Below the pieces are notes generated by a model. The model ran no database searches. It was not told the DNA's origin and saw only the letters and a program-made list of their open reading frames with translations. Both the position numbers and the translations under genes were made by a program. A DNA stretch of 63,483 nucleotides, counting the filler, from Reticulomyxa filosa (lineage: Eukaryota; Protista; Foraminifera), in the NCBI GenBank assembly GCA_000512085.1. It is 24 parts of 24 records of this genome, joined end to end, with 100 filler letters (N's around TTAATTAATTAA, not from the genome) between each part and the next. Parts side by side here need not be neighbours in the genome. Positions count along the whole stretch, not along the records: positions 1 to 6,334 come from ASPP01020569.1; positions 6,435 to 10,635 come from ASPP01025314.1; positions 10,736 to 13,712 come from ASPP01007739.1; 21 more parts are not named here. One strand, given 5' to 3'. Within the stretch, counting starts at the first letter, position 1. Each line of letters opens with the position of its first letter. Shown piece by piece: positions 1-10,846 of the stretch.

Positions 1-88
1 TTTTTTTTTTTTTAAAATATATATATATATATATAAATATATATATATGTATATGTGTGTTATGCATGGATTGTATATAATAATATTA

Positions 89-896
89 CGGCAACTGTGT
101 GAAGGCAAGGAATCCAACAAATGATGAAGGACTTTGGCACATCGCTCAAAGCGGACTTGCATGGCGGTAAAGACGGCATCTTGAGCGATCAACGCGCGGG
201 TGTGCTCGATGAATTTGACAGGCTTTTGAAACCACTTCCAGGAGGAAATATCAGCTTCAGACACAACGGCGACGACGGGGTTATTGGCAAGACGAAACGA
301 CATGTCCGTCTCCAGCATGGACTTGCGAATACCGTCGTAGTCGGAAGCAGAAGAGAACAAGTGCGACCAATACACACTGTTCCAAATAATGTGTTTCCAG
401 AGATGGCGACTCTGAGAGTGGATGGGGATGCACACGCCAGTGTTCGATAGGGTCGTCAGCCATTGCACAACTGCGCGATCGTGCATCAAGTCTTTTTTTT
501 GGACAAATAACAGAGCAAAGCGCAATCAATCTTGCGATATGTGGGATATACATACTGCAGACAGTACAAAAAAAAAAAACCTGAAATGGTGCCCGGTTTG
601 ACTTGCCACGTCGGTGAGGAGTGTCGAACAAAGCAAAGGAAGGACCCTTTGGGATAGACAACTCTGCCCCAATCCGTGGTCCACACGTGGTCAAGCACAT
701 CGAGGACCGAGCTGTGTCCGCCCAAAGGCTCTCTGCCGGGCCCGTCTTTCCACAAATAGCTATCAAACAAATGTCTCCACACCGAGTAGTGAACCGCCTC
801 CGCAAACAGCTCTTCCAGCACCGACGACAGCTCCAATCCTGACTTTGGAGTCAATGATTGCCACCATTGGCGAATGTTTACTATCATTGCTATAAC

Positions 897-933
<37 letters not shown>

Positions 934-1918
934 TACTTGCTTGTAAATAAACTACTGAACGTTGCAAATGTTGATCTAAGAAAGGGATGGTTGTGACAAA
1001 ATAGATGTTGGAGAGAGAGCGATTGTAGTGTGAGTAAAAATGAGAGACATTGGCGTCGTGACGAAGAATGATGAATTGGACCCACGCATGCAAGTGGTCA
1101 TGAGGACGCATTATGTCGCCATGATACTCTTGCAAATGTAATAGCTTTGCGTTGATACTATTTGTCAACACACGGCAGCTTTCGGTCCATTCTGACAACG
1201 CGTCCATCACGCGTATCTCCTCGTTGTCCGTTTTCGTTGTCATTCCTTCCTCCTCCTCTTCGACTGTCTTGATCAACCATGTCTGATATCGCCGCTGGTT
1301 CAACACGTCCAAAAAATCGCAGTCCACTTTGAACTTTACTACATTTTTTTTTTTTTAAAAAAAAAAGGTAAAAAAAAAAAAAAAAAAGGGGGACAAGAAA
1401 GTTAGAAAATGAAAAGAACATTTTTAACAATCGTCCAACAATAGGTCGACAGGAATATTCGGACGCAAAGAGAAGAAAATCCCGTCCAACAACAAATTAG
1501 GCATGTTTAAGTCATAATAAAATTTCAGCGCATAACACATAACAATGACAAAGAGGAGGTAAAGGAAACAGCTCAATGAACATAACGAGTCTTCATCCTT
1601 TCCTTGCAACTTATGCTTCCTATCAAATTTCCTTCGAAACTCGGCGTCGTTCTCATATTTTTTTCCCAAGTATTCGAAAATGTCATACGTCGTTGCATTT
1701 GGGTGAGACTTTTTAAACTCGTCCACTTCTGTTTTGTGCTCGGCTATCCACTGATCTGCTATGCCACGCATGAAGTTACGCACTTTGGCTTTCGTGTCAG
1801 TACCACCATCTGTCGAGGTCGATGAAGAGGTGGAAGGATTGGGCGTTGAGCTTGTTGAGTCGGCTTTTGTGGATAAATCTACCGATTTAGATGCCGTATC
1901 TTTCGAAGTCATCGACAT
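89..1918 (-). CDS. Multi-exon hypothetical protein with one predicted TM helix (3' end runs off the window); exons 1918-1429, 1326-937, 889-581, 491-~89
   Basis: GT-AG introns 1428-1327, 936-890 and 580-492 join ORFs 1424..1993, 890..1327, 486..1085 and an open frame DLMHDRAVVQW... with consistent phase. Hydrophobic stretch FLYLLFVIVMCYALKFYY. Confidence 0.6.
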
Positions 1919-2108
1919 TTTCGAGACCCTTGAACGTTTGATTTTTTTTTTTTTTTTGCTGTTGTTGATTTGTTTTCTGTTCTTGAGAGCCAAAATATGA
2001 ATTGTTGTTTGTAAAAAAACTCAAATCATACTCATTTTTTTAATATGTAAGAAAAAAGGTCACGAAAAATCCTCTGCTCTTCTTAAAAAAAAAAAAAAAC
2101 TGGAAATT

Positions 2109-2966
2109 ATGCACCCAGCCGAAAATGTAACATATAGCGAAAACGAAAAAGTGTTGTTATTGCCCGATGGTAAGAGTCTGTGGGGACAGGGTTTTGTAAA
2201 AAACGTATTGGAAGATAATACCTACCGCGTGAGTTTCACCACGTTCATATCTGGCGAATTCAGGGAGCACATAGTGGACGTATCAGTAGGGGCAATAATG
2301 AAGCCACCTTCATTGAAAAAAAGTAAGGAGGACCTAACGAAGCCATTGTTGCACATACTTTTCAACGGTAGTGACGAGACCCGTTTGGAAGAGATATTTG
2401 AAGCGTTGAGCACAACCTTGCTTGGCAAATATTTAGACGTACTGCGAAGCTATGATGGAAAGAACTACTTTGAACACAATATGTGCGAAAATACTGCCAA
2501 TATGATAGCCTTACAAATCTTGCCGTTTGTAAGCATGCCAACATACATATGGAAAGTGCCATGTTTGTTTTGTTGGCAACCGATCAAAAGCGTACACGCA
2601 AGGCAAAGTGTGTTGCTTGTAAGGTTTACCCGCCAATGGGTATTCGAACGAATCCGATCTTATCGTCATGAATTGTTGTATGACACTTCATGGCACGGTA
2701 AAATGGCTTGCGTGTTATGCTTTCGGTTTGTGTGCGACAATGAATTGGTTGTTTCTTGCAGTTTGCGACGACACGGGTTATGTTTTGAATGTTACCATGG
2801 CATTGTCTGTTATTTTACTTCTATCAACACTTTGTTGCACTCTTTGCTCAGCCAATGGCTGAATAAAGATTGCATTGTTTCTATTGTCACTTTTGTTGCA
2901 GGAGATATCAGACTTCTTAAAAATGTTTCCAATTGTATTCCTTGGACTGAAACTTTTGCTACATGA
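2109..2966 (+). CDS. Hypothetical protein: N-terminal Tudor/SH3-like barrel, C-terminal Cys/His Zn-finger
   Basis: 285-aa intronless ATG ORF. N-terminal pattern EKVLLL..LWGQGFVKNVLEDNTYRVSF. Cys motifs CLFC, CVLC, CSLRRHGLCFEC. Confidence 0.6.
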   Translation: MHPAENVTYSENEKVLLLPDGKSLWGQGFVKNVLEDNTYRVSFTTFISGEFREHIVDVSVGAIMKPPSLKKSKEDLTKPLLHILFNGSDETRLEEIFEALSTTLLGKYLDVLRSYDGKNYFEHNMCENTANMIALQILPFVSMPTYIWKVPCLFCWQPIKSVHARQSVLLVRFTRQWVFERIRSYRHELLYDTSWHGKMACVLCFRFVCDNELVVSCSLRRHGLCFECYHGIVCYFTSINTLLHSLLSQWLNKDCIVSIVTFVAGDIRLLKNVSNCIPWTETFAT

Positions 2967-3184
2967 GTCCTTCTTTTTTTTTTTTTCTTCCTTTTTTTTT
3001 TTTACACAACAAAAATCTTTCTTCTCATAGTTTGCATAAAATTTTATTTCGTTTAACTTAGTGATAAACATACTTTCTTTTTCTTACGCCATCTCACTGT
3101 CCACCTTCTTCAATCGTTTCACATTTTTTGTTTTAAGAGAAAAGGGACAAAATAGAGTGTAAACAAATTCTATCCATTTCAAAT

Positions 3185-4918
3185 ATGACTTGGGAGAAAA
3201 ATAGAAATGTGAAACAAAAAGAGTCAAAACGGAAAAAAAAAATAACAATATTAAACGAATTTTCCACCTTTGAAAGAAGATACGATGAAACAAAAGAGCA
3301 GCTAGAAGCAATCGAAGCATTGGACAAGAAATGGACACACATTTGTCAACATAAATATGACAACATGCGCAAAGTGTACGAAAAAGGTAATGCAATAATT
3401 GAATTGCTAAGAATTGAATGTAAGAGAGTGTGTAAAAACGGCTGTAAATGCAGTTTCAAAAGTATATATGGAGCAGTTCTTGGCGGGAGTGTACAAAAAA
3501 CAGTGTCAATTACGGAAAATATGGAGTCGGATTTGATATTCCTTTATAAATTGAGACGAAAGACTTTAATAAAAGAGAATTTGCCCAGCATTGAAAAACA
3601 GCAACAAGATATGATGCAATGGATCAAGGATTGTTTGGTAAGACGACATCAACAAGTGGGAAGGGAAAAACAGAGTAAGCCCGAATTTGGAGTCCATTCG
3701 TCTTCAAACAATAATTTACGTATTACTACAGAGGATATATCCTTCGACGTATTGGTGACATTTACGTATGACGTCCGACAGTATTGCATGTTTGATTATA
3801 AGACAAAATTTTGCACTGTGTATCCATTCACGCGTGAGGAGCTGCACATTGCTGCGCAGGATCTGTTGGAGTGCAGCGACGTATATCAACAAGATATTGC
3901 GACAATGGAGCAAGAAGCTCCAGAGTTTATACAATTTCTGAGCCAAAATATGAGTACCTCTTTTTCTCTATTAAGTGCGTATTACACGCAAGAGGCTTTG
4001 CTTGGAAACAATACGCGCAACGCCATTTTGTTTTTGAAGAAATGGAAGTATGAAGAGACAAAAGAGGGACTCGGAACTTTATGGCCAATGTCAAAGATCT
4101 TGGAACTGCTTTGTGTTAATGCTTACCACTCGCTTCAGCGCGAAAAATTTTCCCCCCTTTTATCCATTCGCATTGTTAAACGCGTTTTTGAAATGCTATC
4201 ATGGCTTGGAGAACATATTCACTCCGAACATGTCATCGTTATCTCGTGGCCATTGCTTCAATGTAGTCACCCGCTCCTAGTCCGCTGCACTAAAGGAGTC
4301 CAAAAAATGATTGCCCAAAACATATTTGGAGCCTGCGATGTTGTCGTACTGGACAATGTTGTTCTGAGTTACGCATACTCTACGGATTTTTATTATTATT
4401 ATTTTCTTTAAAAAAACGAAGGCAATTTTTTCCAAAAAAAAAAAAAAAAAGAAAATTTGGAGAACTTTGGCAAGTGGAAAGATTTAGCATGTGTTTGTGA
4501 AGCTGCATTAATTGATTTTCCACTTGGGAGAGTGAGTGAATTCATTGAAACCTGTACCAAGACATTGAAAGATCCGAGAGCCCCACAGAAAGAAAAAGAG
4601 AGCTCGTCTGAAAAGGAGTACGTATCTGTCAAAAAAATCATTGAGCACTGCTTTACAAGAGTGACTGAAGCCAACGTTGTGACAATTACCAACATATGGA
4701 AGAGCATACAGCGTACGTACAACTTACCAAATAAATACTTTTTCACACAAGGTGTCATTTCGAGAGAACTGTATGAACTGTGGAAGAGTAACTGTGTGCA
4801 AAAGTGTGATAATGATGGGAAAGATGGCAATGGCTTTAATCTAAATACTAACTTTCGTTGGGTTGGAACACCCAGTCATGCCATGCAGTCCATTATTAAT
4901 CGATACACCACAACTTAA
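3185..4918 (+). CDS. 2'-5'-oligoadenylate synthetase (OAS)/cGAS-like nucleotidyltransferase with C-terminal Z-alpha-like winged helix; exons 3185-4367 and 4452-4918 (549 aa)
   Basis: Motifs collinear with OAS1: VLGGSVQK..MESDLIF, SFDVL, NAILFLKKWK, PMSKILELLCVNAY, VISW, VVVLD..KNL, KWKDLA. GT-AG intron 4368-4451 keeps frame. Confidence 0.8.
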
Positions 4919-5365
4919 ATTTTTTTCAAGCGTCATTCATATTCGCACAACAAAATTTCACTTGCTTCCTTTTGTTTTTTCCTCCCTCTGTGCGTGTAGA
5001 TCCACAGTCTTCATTTTAATAAAAAAAATCACTCTAAAATTTTTGTTTTGCTTTCTGTTGTTTTTTTTTTAATGTGCAATTTTTTTTTTTGGGACTATAT
5101 TAATATAGTTCAAATATTATTTCCATTTCGTTTGCTAGCTTTCTTTCGAAATTATGACATAAAAGAGCTCTAGCAAACAAAAAAAATCTCGTGATTAATT
5201 TTTTGTTGTACTCTTTATGTCAATTACTGTAATGGGTGTACTTGTTTTTTTGAATCTGACTCAATTTATTTAAAGTGAATGCTAAACCCTGGACAAATTT
5301 AAAAAAGATCAAAATTTTGGATTGACGAATTACAATTTTTTTTTTTTTAAAAAAAAAGCTGATTA

Positions 5366-6292
5366 TCAATGTAGCTGAGTAATGCCAAAGAGAATGGCAG
5401 CACAACCAATGGCAAGCTGTGTCAAGACAATGGAATAACCGACATGTGGAGACCATTCAATTTTTGGACTTTTATTGAAAAAATCGATGACTTGTCGATC
5501 CAAGCCATTGGAACTTTGGAGCGGATGGATCGATTTTTTATTGCTATTGCTCTCCGTGATCGCAAGGAATACATTGTTCTTCGGGTTTGGATATACGTGT
5601 TCATATGGACGTTCGGATCTCCATTTTTGTATATTTTCCTGTGTTTGTGTTTGTGTTTGCGTTGTTGTTGCTTGCATTGTCTCGGGTGATACTTTTGGAG
5701 ACAAATCAGGCTGTCCTGGAGACCGGTGCACTTGAAAGGGATGAGTTTTTTTTTGGGAGGGGTCACTATGCTCATTCGAATTTGAACTTTTATTTTGTGC
5801 TTGATCCTGGATCGTTTCATGCCCATGTGAATTCACATCTTTTTTGTTGTCAGCAACAGGACGAACAGGTTTATGAGTTAAATGGGCATTGATATTTGTG
5901 TGTGTCATATTCAAACGACTGCTATCATCCAATCCATTGCTTTCACGAAATGCCTTTGTTTAATTTGTTTATCGAAAATGAAAGTATGACTTTGTATACA
6001 GACAACCAATCATTCACACTATTAACTTGCATTTTGGCATTTAATCTCGCTTTCCACTTTTCATAGTCCAAGTTATTTTGGCGACGAATTTTTTGTTCGA
6101 ACGTTTCCATATGCGTTTGATAGGCGTCCTCTTCATCCGACCGCTTTGCAAAGAAGAGATCGAAATACTTTTCCTGTTGCGTTTTCGCTCGGTCCGTAAA
6201 GCTTACGCCAACCCCAGCCTGTTGTTTATATTGGCGGAACTCCTCTTGGTCCTTCCATCCCGTTCCATAGCTTCCACTTGCCACAGTTTCGT
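5366..6292 (-). CDS. Hypothetical protein, 3' part (5' end missing), with C-terminal hydrophobic anchor; 37-nt intron 5954-5990
   Basis: ORFs 5943..6311 and 5366..5932 join in phase 0 (YK|AFRESNG). The protein ends in VGYSIVLTQLAIGCAAILFGI. Confidence 0.5.
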
Positions 6293-6334
6293 CTTTTTTT
6301 TTTTTAACCAAAAAAAAAAAAAAAAAAAAAAAAA

Positions 6335-6434
6335 NNNNNNNNNNNNNNNNNNNNNNNNNNNNNNNNNNNNNNNNNNNNTTAATTAATTAANNNNNNNNNN
6401 NNNNNNNNNNNNNNNNNNNNNNNNNNNNNNNNNN
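6335..6434. other. Artificial contig spacer (44N-TTAATTAATTAA-44N). Identical spacers start at 10636, 13713, 14967, 16663, 20736, 22057, 23174, 26592, 28101, 29974, 31477, 32918, 34337, 46453, 49128, 50364, 51956, 53138, 54239, 57913, 59013, 60133
   Basis: Invariant 100-bp structure with stops in all six frames. Confidence 0.99.
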
Positions 6435-6890
6435 TCATCATCATCATCATCATCATCGTCGTCTCGTGATGTGTATGTCGCAGTAAGCGGACATGAATCA
6501 CACAGCGCCAACAGTGGAGTGGCGAATCATGTCCGTCGCGTGGACAAGATGGATATGAAGCCTGCGAAATTTTTCCGAATGGTCGAGCAGGGACAAACTC
6601 AGCAAGTGCAGCAAGGACGCGACAATGCAAGCCATCATGGCGACGCCGCGGCGAAACGAAAGGAAAGAGGACACAAGTCGGATGTGGCGAATGGGGAAAG
6701 GGCCAAAGAACACAAAGTAGCCAGTGCGGATGTGCTGATAAGGAGTCGGGGCGAAAAGAGGAGTAAAGACTCGAATGACTTTGAGTCCAATGTCAAAAGC
6801 AATGACAATATCGTTGTCGTCGTTGCCTCCGCTGCTGTCTCTGCGGTGATGGATATGTCATCGAATAATAATAATAACAATAACAATAAC

Positions 6891-6932
<42 letters not shown>

Positions 6933-7377
6933 AACAATCATGGCACACGCAATGACAATGAGTATGTAATAACGATAACTCCGAGTCGACATGACACTGC
7001 ACAAGCTCTTGCATCTGCCAATAATGACAAAGAGACCAATGCATCGTCCAACCTCTTGAACTTGCTCCCTTCTCCCGCATCCACCGCCACCGCCACCGTC
7101 GCCACTGGTTCACAGAGCAGTCGCACCAACTTCCCATTCCAAGCCAAACATGCCTGCAATGACTTTGTCGTAAGAGACTCCCACGCAGACGTCGCACCTC
7201 GAACCCCGACCATGATCGACCACGTGTTGGGCCGCGTGTGTGCATTTGCAAAAACACAAAGGTCTGTCAAATGAGAGAAGGGAATCGTTACATATGTTCA
7301 GAGGAAAGATTTGGATGAATTTATATTCATATAACATATATGCTATGTATATATATATATATATATAACATATATGC

Positions 7378-7411
<34 letters not shown>

Positions 7412-8822
7412 GTATATATGTATATGTGCATATATGTTATATAAAACGCAACGGTAATGCTTGTATGTATTATATGCCGAATGAACCGCAATCGATGAAT
7501 TCAACCAGTGGAAGCCGCTTTGTGCAGGAAAAGCTGTGTGAGACAAAGTACTTTGAAATGTTCTTCGATGAGCTGAAAGAGCAAGTGGCGGAACTGATGA
7601 TGGACAACTTTGGACATTACGCGGTGGAGGCGCTGTTCAATCACTGCAACGACGAGGAGCGCACCATTTTGATGGCCAATTTGCGTGACGACATGGATAC
7701 AGTGGCGTGTCACAAGCAAGGCTCTTTCAGCATCCAGGCCATGATGGACACGGTATCGACGAGCGAACAAAAGCAATATCTGATCCAAGGTCTGCAAAAA
7801 GACATTAAAAAATCATCTTGAACCACTCTGGACATTACGTCATTCTAAGGTTTTTGACCAAGTTTACATACCCTGAAACCAAATTCATTTACAAAGCCAT
7901 CATTCAATACTCGTTGGAATTGGCCACTGACCACTATGGATTGCGAGTACTCAAAGATGTTGTCGAGCAAGTTTTGTAAGGGGTTTTTTTTTTTACTAAA
8001 CATTACAAGTATACATATAATATAATAATAATAATATATATATATATATACATATTATTATTATATTATATGTATACTTGTAATGTTTGTTACAAAATAT
8101 ATACCATTTACGAAATGATGAAAGAGTCAAACACAAGTCCCATCCCAGGAATTGCTGGCAGTGTTTATGTCAATTGTAAAGCACACGAATCCATTGGTGG
8201 AAAACCAGTACGGGAATTATATAGTCCAACATTTGTTGGATGTGGCTCCTCGCGAAGTGACAGACATAATCAAAGAGAAGATGCACGGTAAGTTTGTAAG
8301 ATACAGTAAACAGAAATTTTCTTCGAATGTTGTCGAAAAGTGTTTGAGACATTCCGATCTGGAGATGAAAGCAGGCGTTGCAAACAAAGATTGGCGGCGT
8401 ATTATCATCAAAGAATTGTTAAATAAAGTCGGTGATTTAATTAGTGACAAATATGCCAATTACTGTCTGCAAACTGCATTACAAACTGCCTCCTCTGATC
8501 CACTCCTTTTGTCCGAATTTTATCAAACCACCAAACCTCATTTGGAAAACTTGGTTAGCATTTCAACATATACATATACACATATATATATTTTTTTATC
8601 ATTTTCTATACATTTTTGTGTATACGTATGCACGTTGTACTCTTGCAACGTGCGCTGCATGTTCATTCTTTTCGATCTTTTTTTTTTTTTTTTTTTGGAT
8701 ATGGTAAGAGAGAAAATGTAAAGGCCAAATGGATAAAACTGATTGACGCGGCATGTTGTAAACATAAAATGGTATGTCCAATGTCAATTTCAATGAATTT
8801 TCGATGCAAATGGAAGAGATGA
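6435..8822 (+). CDS. Pumilio/PUF RNA-binding protein (5' partial, multi-exon, apparent frameshift at A-run 7807-7812)
   Basis: PUF repeats KTQSGSRFVQ (across intron 7262-7508), DNFGHYAVE, HKQGSFSIQ, NHSGHYVIL, DHYGLRVLK, NQYGNYIVQ, QKFSSNVVE, DKYANYCLQ. Poly-Asn N-terminal region. Confidence 0.9.
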
Positions 8823-10286
8823 TGGAACCCAGTGGTAGATACTCATATTCCAACCAGCATCAATCTGTGGGGTCGCTACTTACCAAGCATCCAATTGATG
8901 CATCTCGAGTGGCCAAAGCTTAGGCTAAAACCGCCTTTACGCTTATGTTTATACTTAGGCCTGAGCTGATCTCCCGAAATGCTTGTCTTTGTTTTTGATA
9001 CTCGTTACTGTTTATCACATTGTCAAAGAAAAAATAAATCCAAATCAAATGGAACATAATAATAAAAATAAAACACAAGTACATAAAATTTTTTGTAATA
9101 AATAAATAAATAAAAAAAGAAGGAAAATATACAGTCACTAAAAACTCAACTTCAAAGGTTCAGTTTTTCTTTTTCTTTTTTTTTTTTTTTTTAAAAAAAA
9201 ACAAACTTTCTTCCTAAAAATTGTGACTTTGTGCAAATGTTCAATGTTTCAAAAATAAAAACAGCACACTTTTTTTTTTTTGTTTGTCTTTTTATTTTTT
9301 ATCATTTTTTTAAAAATTGGTGCGGAAGAAATTTGTTTGTTTTCAAACTTTATTTTTTCTTTGATACACTTGGTTTGTTTAGAGAGATATAAAACAGCAA
9401 GAAGTGCTGCGTCTTTGAAATCTTGGTTTTTGTATGCTTTGAATGAGATTTTGTGCTTGTCTGTAATGTGCTCAAACATTTTTCAATCACGTAATCTTTC
9501 ATTCCTGTTCCAACTGAATACATCTTTTTTGCAATTATTTTGTTTTTGTTCGAATGTCTTTTTTTTTTTAAGTGCAATCGCGTTTAAGCGTCTAGATAAA
9601 ACAATAAAAACCCAAACCCATTAAACTTTGTATGTTCAATAGCTTTGGCTCTAGTTATCTGGTGATTTGAGGAGATAATCCACTTCTGAAAAAGCTGTTT
9701 CATTTGTTTGAAGAGTTGTTGTACGTCTTTGGAAAGGAAAATCTTGAAACAGTCTTAGAATAATTGTGGCACACAAACTGTTGTTTTCTCAACAAATAAA
9801 AAAAAGATATAAATTTGCAAACAATTATAATTTATAGTATTCATTCAGATTAAGTTTTCAGTTAAAAATAAACACAAAAACAACCACTAAAAATTATATC
9901 TAAAACAAAAATTAATAACCAATCGAATATCAACGCAAGATTTTAAATTAATTACAGTAGTTTATATTAAACGTAGATAGATTGAACAATTAGAGTGATT
10001 GTTTAATTTTTATACAAAAAATCAACAATAAAGTGTGCGAATGCTCAAATGTTTCGCTCTTAAACAAATTTTCAACAAAAGGCGAATAAATTAAAAAAGA
10101 TACAATTCTATTTCCTGCTTTATTTAGATTCTTTTTATTTGCTGAAAGATAATAAGATTCATCCACTCTTTAATTTATTTTAATCCTATGTCGTTTGGAG
10201 GCTACAACGTTGACACTTTAAAAAAAAAGAAAAAAAAGGGAGGCTTACATTGTATTTTTTTAGTTTACTAAATGGTATAACGGAGC

Positions 10287-10635
10287 ATGGCAACGAACTC
10301 GAGTGCGACATTATTGGCATTGGATTCGGGTGCGCCCCAACAGCATTTTTTGGTGTTGCAAAAGCAGCGACATGTAAGTTGGGACGAGACGGCAGTGAAC
10401 AATGAGTTTATGGCAAAAAAAAGTCGAAAAAGTGTTGCATTTACCACAAGCCAAGGGGATGGAATGAGAGCGACTCTGAGAGTGGCAAAGACAGTAATGG
10501 TGAAAAGAGTTCAGGCAATGACGAAGACGTAACAAGTTCAAGCGACAGCGACGAGATCATGAAAGCCTCAAACGACGATAAGCAAAGCGCCATCAAGTCA
10601 AATACTGGACATGCTTGTCATCACGATCACGATCA
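10287..10635 (+). CDS. PPP1R11: Protein phosphatase 1 inhibitor-3 (PPP1R11/Ypi1 family), 3' partial, frameshift at A-run 10415-10422
   Basis: RHVSWDETAVNNEFM (RVxW PP1-docking motif). After adding one A, the frame continues KKKSKKCCIYHKPRGWNESDSES, the family signature. Confidence 0.85.
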
Positions 10636-10735
10636 NNNNNNNNNNNNNNNNNNNNNNNNNNNNNNNNNNNNNNNNNNNNTTAATTAATTAANNNNNNNNN
10701 NNNNNNNNNNNNNNNNNNNNNNNNNNNNNNNNNNN

Positions 10736-10774
<39 letters not shown>

Positions 10775-10846
10775 AGAGGGGGGGGGGGGGGGGGGGGTGT
10801 AAAATAGATAAATATTGTATTATACGTATATCGTCGTGATTTAATA

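Noticed and set aside
121-450. + strand ORF of 109 aa and many other antisense ORFs (e.g. 10985..11527, 34999..35448, 36782..37267, 62849..63418)
   Set aside because: They are shadows of real genes on the opposite strand.
936-941. Possible GC-AG donor (GCAAGT) in the first gene
   Set aside because: The adjacent canonical GT at 936 gives the correct phase.
10736-10797. Poly-A then poly-G run (G-quadruplex or retro-tail)
   Set aside because: Contig-edge homopolymer within a Nup93 intron, so its length is unreliable.
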